A stretch of 48,618 nt of DNA, filler included, from Catajapyx aquilonaris (GCA_000934665.2; 3 parts of 3 records of this genome joined end to end with filler, not necessarily neighbours in it), one strand, 5' to 3'. Positions 23,461 through 35,187 are shown, counted from the whole stretch's first letter. Program-made: numbers and translations. Notes: generated by a model not told the origin, from the sequence alone.

Positions 23461-26400
23461 GTAGTTTTGTAGTTGTAGTTCACGAGCCTCTGGGTAGAAT
23501 CTTCTATAATCCACCTTTAAAAAAATGTACGCAAGCATTATATCACGTCACGAATCATTTTTTTGCCCAAAACAAAACTGCTATGAAGCTATATCTTCCT
23601 CTACAAAAAAAAAAAAAGACATGGCCCGAATGCTGCAACCGTGTGCCGTTTTCGAAATGCCTCGACTCAACTGCAGGTACGAGCCCTGAATTTAACAATT
23701 GCCCCCTTGACTACAGTAAAACGGAAACAAGCTTGCGTCCCTAGGGAGAGCCATATTGCCCATATTGACTACATAAGGCGGAAATAACTCGTGTGTTGTC
23801 CAGCACATCAGCCCCACCACCTGTTGTTGAGACAAGTTAATCATTGTAATGAACACCTATATCCTTTTTGTTCTTGCCAAAAAAATCCTGGGGCTAGCCC
23901 AGTCCAATCTAGCTGAACAGGTTCCGTTTAATGTATTGCATAATTTTTTAAAAAAACCAGCCCGCTGAAAATGGCAACTGGAATGTCTGGGAAGAATTCG
24001 TAAACAAAAGGGACCCCTCCTTGTAAGGAAGCGATCCAATCCGGGACTTCCCGAACGATGGGCAGACCCTTCGCTTTTACTCAAGAACACAATGCCCCTT
24101 CTACCTGAGATTCCACATTATCAGGGACACGTGTCCCGCTTTCAAGGCATATCCTAAATTTTTCTTTCACGCGGGGCACGAGATTGGTCAAGGTCGCAAC
24201 CGAGAAAGTCCCCACTTCCGGCTGGTGGGGTGTTAAATTAACCCTACGTTCCGCCCATAAAAACTTGCATACGAAAGCAACCAATTACAGTACAACCAGG
24301 CGAAAAAAAAAAACCAGCTGCAGGAAGAATATGCACAAAACGCCATGCAATCGTTTGAAATTGGACGGAACCTACTTCTCACACCTACTGACGAAAAACA
24401 CTCGACTTTTTACCCCGTCTTTTTTGAGACGTGTCTTTAACCTCGACACCAACTTTCCTGGATAGGGTCCAAAAATTTTGTTTGTTTTTCACAAGGCCGG
24501 GTCAAGGGTTGGTTCGTTGGCAGAGGTGATTTTTCCCTTACTTCATTCCGTGGTCAATCACAATGCATTCGGGGAGGTACCTCTTTATTGGTCACGATTC
24601 GTGCGATTGAGTGTCCAGGGATGGTATATCCCCATGACGCGCGCTGTCTTTCCCACGGTATGAAATATCGGGTTTTTGGATAATTACCGGCTCAGGAGCA
24701 ATGGGTGCTCGAAAAGGAAAACCGTTTGCATGCTACTAAAGACCTTCCCAGTCGCTACTTGAGCACCGCCTGAATAGGACTACTTCCACGCCATCAAAAC
24801 GCTGACGTGTCCCGTCTTCCTGTGCTTTAGTCAGTTCTCTGGCTTGAACCCAAAAACACACCAAGACCGAAATCCCATTAGCGGTCCCGTACATTTTCCC
24901 AGAAATATCTGGAAGAGACGAATCTAAGCCAAGATAACTGCTGCAATTCCGATCGACTTAATCACCCTGCAGAGCTAGGAGGCTCGGGTGCGTTAATCGT
25001 GCCAAGATAGACAATATTGACGCTCATATAAGATTTCAGGAGGACAGTAATTAAAAGATTTAATGCTTGTTGATTTCCAGTTGCATAACATCTGCCTCCA
25101 TCCGAAGTTCATTAGCACTAACTAGAGCCTCTCCACGTCCTGCCAGTTTCAATCAGAAATGTCCCCTTGGAAAAACGTGTCGTGTTTTGCTAACCAGCAG
25201 GAAATGTTGCGAAAAATTGGGCTCCACACGAGGTCTTGGCACGGATGCGGTGGGGGTAGGTCAAAACTTCCAGACTCTCCCAACCCAACCCATGGAATCC
25301 CAATAGACATGCACATACAATATTAATGATCCCAGTTATCTTTGGCCAAAACGTGACGTCTGGAGAAAAAAGCAGGTGCCCTTGAGAGCGAAGAAAACAC
25401 GACAAAGTAACAGTATTTTCAGACGATTTATGCCATCTTCCCCCCCTCGAGAGGTTGCCAAAACAGTGATCCGCGGTTTATTACTATACGTTAATCTAGT
25501 CTCGCTGTGTAATGCTAAGCATTGTTCAGGTTTGTTCTCAGTTCAAGTGATACAGATGTGACCTCGAATCGTAAAAAAATCGTAACTACGCTGCACTATA
25601 TGCTCGCGATAAGGACAATAATATGAGTGAGTGTCTGCAATGGCGATTGCAAATACTGCAAAATCGGACTCCAGGGGCTGTCCGAACCCCACAGAATGAA
25701 CCGAGATATTACGTGTTGTGTCTGGCCTCGCAATATATTCCCCAGAACGACGCCATGTCTGCCTTTGGGGCGAGAGATGGGATCTTTGACCGCTTCCATA
25801 CACTCCTGCTGAGGCCAAAAAAGCAGTCAGCGACGTAAGAATGCGCCGCACTATAGGTTCAGACCTCCCTTCCAGGGAAGTCCGCTGGAATGTGGAACAA
25901 GTCCTTTCGGATCTTCTATTCACACTACTGACCTGGACCTTTTCTCTTCTTCTTTTCATCATCCTAGCTACTCTCCTTCCACCCTTCCCCTTCTAATAAC
26001 CATTTAGGCATGCATCTGAGAATGCTGGTGTCGCAAAACTAGTGGCCTGGGCATTGACTTCGCAAGTGCTATTGCAAGTGCCATTAGCCGATAGCACCTC
26101 CAAGGTCGTCACTCCGTGCATCATGCCCCCTTAGCCTATTGCGGCCTATAGCAACCGCAGTAAAAAAAGAGAGAATCTGTCGACCTTGCAGTCCTGGAGG
26201 AGTGATCTATCTTTCACTGAGCACAGGATGGCCTACTGGTAGTCTCGACAAAAATAGCAACAACAAATACACACGTTCCAGACATCCGCACCGTTCGGGA
26301 GGTGTGGTCGAGCAGAAGGATTGGTCCTTACCGGCGCTAATACCCTGTTGATTCCGCATAAACGATTGCAACTCTCCCAAAATGGGGTCAAGCACAATTA

Positions 26401-29400
26401 GTGTCGGCGTACAGTACTTAAGTTATATCAAATAGGTCTGCTACGCTATTGACGAAATGTCTAAAATATTCAATTGGTGCTCATGGTTTGTAAACAGGAT
26501 TACAGTCAGAGCTAGTAATGCTCCAGCTTGTTTGTAGGTACAGTAATACAGTCTCAACTGCGGGCAAACAGTACTGTGAATGGGCGTGCAAAAGCCCCTT
26601 GAAATGAGAAGTTATCGGAAACAGCATTAGCCCCCAGCAAAAAAGAATTACCTTTACTAAATTTTCCTCTTGAACGAAAAGGTCAACCTGTTTCGCCAGT
26701 TGTAGTTTCAGAACGTGATTTCCATTTAAAATTTAAAGTCATCTTATATACAGTAATGAATATTTAACTGCGTGTACTGTACAGCAGAACTGTCGTTAAG
26801 TACATGCCCCCATGCACACAATTCTTTGTATTCCACCCAGTTTATACCCTTCAATGGCCCCTGCAACTGATTCTGAAAAATTACTTTTGCCAGCAGATGC
26901 AAAATAAGAACATTAGGTCACATATCTCCTAATTTTGCAGCAGGGCTACGTAATAACCAACTGTTCCCCATGTGTGCATTGTAGAATACATTACAACATG
27001 TCAACGAGATGCTAGTCCATAAAAAGAAGCTTCCACGTGTCCCTTCCTTTTAAATTTACACATGCAGCATTAAATTCGTAATCCGCTTTCAACGAAGTTA
27101 GCCTCTCTCTCTCTCGCTCGAGTTGAACCTCGCTCAACATGAAATGGTGGAAAACGTGGTGGGAAATGTCTTAACAATTCACAGTCACGATCATTTACAC
27201 TCAAATGTTATGTCATTAACATTTTAATTTCTTCAATTACAGACTTCACTGTTTATTTTCCTGTGGTCACATATCGTCACTCTTATAGTGCAGTACCAAG
27301 TGCCATGTACTGATTTAGCTTGTACTCTTTTCCAACATTCGACTCGTACTGTACACGAGAACGTGTTCGAGCCCACTGTACACAAGCTATAATCTCTAGT
27401 GGCGTATCTCCTGAACCAACAGCAGTGAATTGCATGATACAAGGCTTAACTGTTTCCGGCTGGCAAAAGGCAAACTACCACTTCTCTAGCTAAGAATGAT
27501 TTGTTTGTCGTAAATTCCGGGTGTAATATTGATTCCTATGGGGGGAAGGATACAACTTAATTGATCTATCCAAGTCTACTTTCAGGTCAAGTCCTCCAAA
27601 TCCGTTCCGTGACCATCTATGTAACTATTGATTCCAAATTCACCTCACAACTTTGGAGTTGTCGGAAGCAGTACTTTTGCGTTTCATTTCACAAAAAAGG
27701 CCCCCACATACACCCAGGACTACCATTATTTTCGCAAGACATTTCATGGTCAACTTCCCCTTTCCTGTTGCGATACACTGAATGAACTGCAACACTGCCA
27801 GTTTTTACAGTACTCTCAACATTTTAGGAGCGGGTAATTATGTAGTTGCCAACCTTGGCGTTGTCAGAAGCACTGTTCATGTCATCAAAACCAAGTAATA
27901 TGGAATCACATTGATTCATACACGCTCCATTTCTTACTCACATGTGAACCAGTGTAACAAGTATCCAAATCAAGGTTTCTTGTCTGATATGACGTATAGC
28001 ATTATCTGATCTTTCCGCATTCCAGCGTGTCTGCAATTTGCTGCTCCTCTGCTTTTAGGAATCGCCTGAACCTTTTCCCTTGCCTTTCAGTTTTATGCAC
28101 TTTGATAGACGTGCATCGTTGAAAATTATTTTCCGTGGCTCCCAATTATGTACAGCGAGATTTTTTCTCTCTCTCTAGGTACAACATTTTGTTCACACAT
28201 GTTAACGCCAAGAACATTTAGTTCTGACATTAGAAATTTTTGTTCCCACGAAAACCCTTCCACCAAATTCTATAGTACTTGCAACAAAAGGCCTTTGCTG
28301 TGCATATCAAACACCGTCAAGCACAAAATAATTAAAGAAATACAATATTTGCAATGGAAAAACACGCCTTTCTGAGAGTAAGGGTGGAATTTTAGTCCAA
28401 CTGATAGTTACTATCTCAGCAGTACCATTGGCCATGGCACTGCTAAGTTAGGAGTAAGTAGTGTGGTACGAAAATTCAACCCTAAATCGTCATTTAAAAT
28501 GACGAGTGAGTGTGTTGTTGCTTTACAGTGACTATTATTTCATGCCAGTAGACTCCCTTAGGGTCCTAAGGTGTTTTGAATGAAACGAATAAATAAATCT
28601 TGCACTTTATACTCGAGTACTCTTCTTTAGTTGCATTTCAGAAGGCTTTGAATAAATGCATTCTGCTTCAACAACCCTGTATGTCGTAATTGTAGTAGTG
28701 CAGTGCACAGCAGGCGGACTGAATCGATTTCAAAAGCTACAATGCATTTGAAGACGTGACAAAAGTTCCGGTTCGTGTACACAATAACAGTTCCCACAGT
28801 AAGTTTCAAAACAATGTCATTATGAACACAAAACATCACTAGGTCTTGCTCTTATCAAAATGGCACCTAAAAAATACGCCCATACAATATTTCATTTACA
28901 ATATTGCTCTCCATTAGCCCTACTTGCAGTGTAGGAGACGAGTCGAACTCTTTTGAATGATGAAGGATAGTTTTTTTTCAAAAATGACAATAATTTACAA
29001 CATGCTCCGATAACAACCAGTTTAAATGGGAATGCTTTATCAACGCATGCAATAACATTACCTGTTATTGAAAATACCTTTTCTTTCTGCAGAAGTCCAA
29101 TATATGAATTTCATATCATTACTGGCATAATATGAAAATAATTCACATACACAAATGTGCAGGTTGGATCAGCAGCAATTCACCAGAATTCACCTTCAAT
29201 AATGACACATTCATCCAGTACCTAAAGTGACTGGCAAGTACTACTCATTTAATTCGGAGTGTGACATCCAATCAACTGAAAAGACCCTACTCTGAATGAC
29301 ACACTAATTGTATAAAAGGTGACATTAGAAAAAAAGACCAAACCTAGTTCCAGGCTTTAAGTTCTTTAAATACTCGACTTTCTGGCACAACAAAGAGGAA

Positions 29401-29599
29401 TAAGCCATGAAAACAAGAACACAAGGTCAGGACACTGGAAAATCTGCCACTAAGCCCGTCTAAGCCATAGACCATTAAGTTCCTCTCTTTTGCCATTATA
29501 ATGCATTGAATTTGTACACAATTGAAGTTGTTAGTTGGTTAAACATGAACATTTACTACACACACTGTATGTGACCTCCAAGTGTGTGAACCCTGAAGC

Positions 29600-31300
29600 A
29601 ACACTGACGTAGCTGCTGCAGAATGAAAAAGCAATTATAATGCCACGATAGGTCGGCCTGAACGTTCAGAAAACTGCGAGACATTGCCTTACTCTTGTTA
29701 ATCAATAGGTTAACAACTTTTCTGCCAAGTTAATGTCTTGGATTCTGTAGTTATTCCAAGATATTTTAGTTGACAGCGGTTTAAAACACATGCATTTGAC
29801 ACAATAACAGATCATAGATAATATGGACAATCATGCAAGAGCCATAATGAAGGATGTGACATGGGGGTTTCCACAAGTTAATGATTGCAGTCAATCAATC
29901 AGCTGATTCATGATGATAAATTCATCATCACATGAAACTGAGAACCTAGTGCTGCAATTTTCTAACTTTTTTTTCCAGTTATTTCTGCAAATTCCAGCAA
30001 ATATTAATGCCATCGTAGTAGCAGAAGCAGCTCCATTAACCATCATTATTACCTCTATCATTATAATGTGGATGGTCCTCCATCCATTTACAAGAATTAA
30101 CATAACATCATCATTCAAGGGCCTGCAAGTAACTAATGGTTATTACAAATGCCCCTGTATCAGTATGTATTGCAGCAACCTACAGCATATTGATCCATCT
30201 AATCAAGCATCACTTTCAGAGTGCTCGAGATATTTTTTAAAAATACCTCAGTCCCGTGCTTTTGAGCCTGAAGTGCATGGGGCATTTCATCCTCTTGTGA
30301 AAACATTACATGAAGTAGTTGGGCGCTACAGAGCTTCCCACCTGGCCTGTACAATGACTTCAAAGAGACATGAGCATCCAAGGCCAAGATATCCCACATT
30401 CGAAAATGCCCTTTTATAGTGATATAATATAACTGCACATTCAAGCGAGAGCAGGTTGGTGGGTAAACAGCTTGCTCCAACTGACCTGAGAGCACTTGCA
30501 TGCAATATTCAGCCACAAAATGATACATAAAGGCACTCCGTTATTCGAAGCCCCAAGTGCTGCTTTCACGCTTAACCCCACAAACGCATTCGGGAGAACT
30601 TTAGCCAGGGTATCAATTCCGGCACCTGAAGCGTATATACTGCGGTCAGAAGTTGCTTCCCTATACGGTTTTGCTGTGGGAACTGTAGCACCCTAGCAAA
30701 CACCTTCAGGTCTACTAGCTATTTCCACATCCACATATTTTTTTTTACATTACTAGTCAACAGGTTCCTCTTGTAGATGGCAAGACTTTCTGTTGGATAT
30801 TCTAGCTGCAAGTTCTGATGCCACCGACACATCAGTTTTGAGGTGACAAGAGAGACAAACATGCCAACATTAGTAGTATTTGGCTAGGATGTGACATTTC
30901 CCTTTCTTTTTTTCTCCTTTTTTTTTGTAACATGCCATTCCGTGACATGTGTAGGCACAAAAATCTTATGTAACCCTGTCCCTGAATGCAGGCTATCCTT
31001 AAAAACTGTAACCAGACTCGCCTTAGTCCTGCCACAAAAAATTAACACAAAAATAGTACCACTGGCAAAAATCAACCTTGTGTTTGGCAACCAGTACTTT
31101 GGACGCTTTGTATTCTTTTCTTCCAGTAGCGCACACAGATGCGTACTATCTAGTGATAGTCAATTTACACCTATGTTACAACTGTCACCAAAAATCTATA
31201 AAATGTCATTCATTGTAACACCTAGCAAATTTCTGACGGTGAAGCAACTACCAGCACCTCACATTTTTGTCAAGCAATGAGATTGATTACAGATGAATTA
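29600..31300 (-). pseudogene. NS5/NS5B-like RNA-dependent RNA polymerase relic
   Basis: G: GAGSCFTVRNLLGV (~31260-31217). F: TGRKEYK / KRPKYWLPNTRL (31130-31075). SLHSGTGLHKIF (cf. dengue GEGLHKL; ~30997-30959). A: WDILALDAHVS (cf. DTKAWDTQVT; 30394-30364). B: NGWR...RGN|.MVN (30088-30030). C: FSVSCDDEFII (cf. HVCGDDGFLI; 29944-29912). Confidence 0.8.
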
Positions 31301-32345
31301 TTATTGCTCCTACTGTACCTATGTTTATTACCCTTTAGGCCATTTACTGACTCCTAGTGCAATGCCTGGTCAGATGAACAATTCAGCAAAAATGTCAATT
31401 TACGCAGCAATATGACTATGCACAGCTGTAATTCATATTCAGCAACATGTCAATTAGTACCTTAACAGTATGCTCAAGATTTTAAAGTTAACATTACACC
31501 ATTTCACATCAAATAATTGCATTGCTCAATACAACTCATAACGTAACAATCTGATGGTTCTTTGATTGGTAAGGAGCCAAAGCAACTATGGCGATCTGGC
31601 TAAGTGACGGTTCTCAGGCTGCGTTTCAAACTCATCGCAACAATCCCTGCCAAGTCCTGATTTGACTCAAAAGTTATAGCAATTGCTGCACCATATCCCC
31701 CCTCAAGATGGAATCTGATTGTATAATGAGCAGTGAAGGTCAACGGGTTACGCATAATATGAAGTAACACCAAACAGCTTTGCAATTACCCAACAGTCGA
31801 TACCTGGACAACCCCACTTAACATGCCATGGGAAAAGCCGCGAGTGTGTACGTTCAGTCGTCAACGTAATGCGACCGGTGGGTATCTCGTCACTAGCTGT
31901 CCTCTCCGCCTTACCAGCATTTTGTAGTTGACCTTCCTCTGTCCATTGTCCATCCTCACAGACATCCCCGTACCCCACAGCACGAGTAGGGCCCCCTTTG
32001 GTGGAGATGGGTTCTCTCCCTTGGGGGGGTCCACACTACACCTCTCAACTGGTCAGGACTCCACAGTGGACACACACCGCACCATCACTTCACACCCTAC
32101 CCATACACGAAAATTACTCCGTACTCACACTTTTTGATTTGCCAAGAAAAAAAATTCCAGGTTTATGTGCAAAGTGTTGGAAGGGTACGTAAGGGTAGGT
32201 GGGGGGTGAGGCAATTATTTGAAGGTGGAGTTCCCTTAAGTGCAGGGCGGCCCAAAAACGCTCCCTGCACCTCCCACCATTTTGCAGCGCCCGAGCTTCG
32301 GTCCCACCGCCGCTAGGAGGCGACGCCCGCCTCGAGGGGGAGGGG

Positions 32346-32445
32346 NNNNNNNNNNNNNNNNNNNNNNNNNNNNNNNNNNNNNNNNNNNNTTAATTAATTA
32401 ANNNNNNNNNNNNNNNNNNNNNNNNNNNNNNNNNNNNNNNNNNNN
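32346..32445. other. Artificial contig spacer N44-TTAATTAATTAA-N44
   Basis: Same 100-bp linker as 16136-16235. Confidence 0.97.
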
Positions 32446-34952
32446 ACAGGCTCCAACACCAAGGACCAAATGGGGATTAAAAAGGGGGGGGGGGGTTAGG
32501 GAGGAAAAAAGGATAGGTCACCGTCACGCACGAAAAACAAAAAAAACTTACATGTGGATTAAAAGATGCTTGCACCAAAAACAAAGAGAGCAAAAAAATT
32601 ATCATTGTTGCACACTACCCCATTAAAAACACTGAAAACCCCCTTTTCACGCAATCACAAAATTTTAAAAAATAAACTCCGTCCAAAGAACAAGGGGGGT
32701 GAACGTTCAGCACACACTCCGGAGCCCACGACCAGCTGCAGTAGCGCCGTACCTCGCTCCGGCCACCCAAACGTCGCCAAAAGCCACACACGGACCCCGT
32801 CTCCACTGCCGCCGTCTCGTTCCCATCCGGCGTCGCAGGGAGGCAGCAAGGGTCCAGCAACAGCGTGGTCCACCCCAGGAGTTAAATGCAGGCGTCAAAC
32901 GTCAAACGTCGAAGTCACAGTCACAGTCAACAGTCGGGGGTGGCGTCACCGCGTCAAAGTCCATGGTACTCAGCAGTACCAATTCAAAATTCATTGATCG
33001 TAGGGGAGTCAAAAAATGTCAGAAACTCCAGACCACTGCAAAAAACGTGCCCCCGGGTTGCCAAATCCCCGGGGCCACACGTAATAGCTAAAGTCCGAAC
33101 TGAGCCACCAGTCAGCGCTCTGACAAGAACCGTTCCCTTCAGAAATGGAACGTACTCCCACGACCAACTGCGTCCAAACCCACGTGCTCAGCAGCACTCT
33201 AGTGGGTCCTTCAGCTAAGCCACCACTTGAACCTCGCTCCAGCTCGTCTCCAAAGCCCAAACTGAGAGCGACAAGGCTCAAAATGAAAATGGCTGGCGAC
33301 AGCTCAACCACAGGTGGGAGGGGAGAGGGGGGGGGGGGGTAACCAGGCTGCCGAATGCCTTCCCGGCCATCGACTGTGCCAACATGTCCACGCCTCACCG
33401 ACCGGACGACCAGGACCAGGTCACCTGATGCACACAGCCATCGGTTTACGACCTGTCCCCGCCCGGCCAGAGCGTCCAGGACCAGGGAATCAGGGGAGGG
33501 GGGATGAGGCCTAGGTACTGACAGGACTGTGCTTGCACCAGGCACGTCCGCCTTTTTCTCCAGACCTGCATCCCGCACCAAAGGAAGGGCATCGCCACCA
33601 CGTGTGCCACCCCATGCTCCACTGCGCCGTTTAGAACGACTCCAAGTGGTCACAGGTGCCGTCCATCTTACAGATGGACCGGCTCTAGCGGGCCTGAAAA
33701 GTTTCAGCGCCCCATGATCTACCTAGATCACCGCATGCACATACGTATCTAATGAGCATGCTGCTCCAGTGCGAAAAAAGATCGCTAGGAGCTCCCTGTC
33801 CGTGGCGAAACAGGAGAGCTCCTCCCAACTGGAGAAACAATCGGTCTGCTTGCAACAGCACAGGGGCTACCAAGCCCCGTATCATCCCCATGCAGAGGAC
33901 TGACCCTATCGCAAAGCATTTCGGAGTTCCCGCGCAGATTGCTCTCAAAGAGCTTCTCTTTTCACTCCCTAGATGGCAAGGGAGGTCCAAAACTCCAGTG
34001 GGGGCTCAGCAAAGCCACACGTTCTCCCGCCCGCCAACAGATGGCGCGGGAGTGATGTGCCCGTCTTCTCTCCCTTTCCAAAAGGGAGGGAAGAGGAGGG
34101 GAGGAGGAGGACAGGCTTCACGTAGCCCCCCTCACTCCAACACCCTCCTAATGACGTCGCCAGCCTAGGGAGGGGCCCGATTCTTCCAATCAGGTGGCTG
34201 GAGAGGAGCGAGTACGAGCGGGCTAATGGCGAAGGTGGGCGTGCACGGGAAATCTTCGAAGATTCCCCGGCGGGCACCATCACCACCTGTGCCGGCCAAA
34301 AAGCCCCTGGCTCTCCCGCTAAAGAGCGGGGAGCGACCACGAGGTTCACCAAAACGGCCATCTTGGGCCTTTCCCAGAGCACTTTTTTTTGTGCCCTAAA
34401 TTGGGCGAAGCCAAGTGCCGAACTAACCCCTTGGAAAACTGAACCTTATAAGGTCCGTTTCCTCTCCCCGGTACTCAGGACACCTATTCAGGTTCAGTAC
34501 ACCCGAGTACCAATGAGGATGCTAGGCTAGCTAACAAAGCAGAGCAAAGCGGGGGGTGGGGAGGCTGCTGTGGTCTGAAATGACCTTGCAGCCCCACGCT
34601 GGGCGCCAGTTTCGCGGGCAAAGGTTACCATGGGGTGTTCAGTAACACACACGACACCTTCCGCTACTGTGCAACCGTGGCTTATTGACCTAAGGCGGAT
34701 ACATTACCAGTACATGGCACGAAACCCCGGGAGAGCCACTCGCAAGCGTCTGCCTCCTCTGGTCGGCTTTCCCTCTCTCCCCCTCGCCCGCTCTCCCCGG
34801 CCTCCCACTCCTACTTCCTCCTACTCCCCTCCTGCCCCCACTTCCAGAGGGCCAACAGGCCAAGGGAGGAAACAGGGGGCGCAGGCAAATCAACTGTCAC
34901 ACTCTCTAGGGCAGCACAAAAATATTACTGCAAGCTAACTGCAAGCTTTTCC

Positions 34953-35187
34953 GGCGACACGGTGGGGTAGTGGTTAGCGCCGCAGTCTTCCACCTCTAAG
35001 GTCCCGAGTTCGATCCCCGGATCGGACAGAGGATACTTACGTGGATAGAGTTTTGATGGGTTCTCTCCGTCTTCGCGGGGCTCTCCCGTTACATCCATCA
35101 CATTACAGGCAAATGATTAAAGTCGGTGAATTAAAAGATGATCACCTAAACGGCCCAAGGAGGCCTATCACGGGGTACCCATTATTA
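34953..35187 (+). mobile_element. tRNA-derived V-domain SINE, uninterrupted copy
   Basis: Head nearly identical to 5132-5228 with B-box gagttcgatcccc, same tail. 13-bp TSD aactgcaagcttt at 34937-34949 and 35188-35200. Confidence 0.9.

Larger units (their letters stand above)
16340..31990 (-). pseudogene. Decayed endogenous viral element(s) from large-genome/pesti-like Flaviviridae (boundaries approximate)
   Basis: Minus-strand protein-like frames broken by stops and homopolymer frameshifts. Contains RdRp motifs (31270-29910) and NS3-like helicase motifs (23455-22425), each set in correct internal order. No MITEs recognised inside. Segments between the motif blocks are assigned by continuity only. 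Confidence 0.7.

Noticed and set aside
16340..31990. Alternative reading as a large DNA virus or Polinton insertion, or as an active/contaminating RNA virus
   Set aside because: No PolB, integrase or capsid motifs were found while RdRp/NS3 motifs were. Pervasive stops, frameshifts and a mutated GDD exclude a replicating virus.
33009..33653. Longest ORF in the window (214 aa, minus)
   Set aside because: Low-complexity GC-rich translation with a non-ATG start and no recognisable domain.
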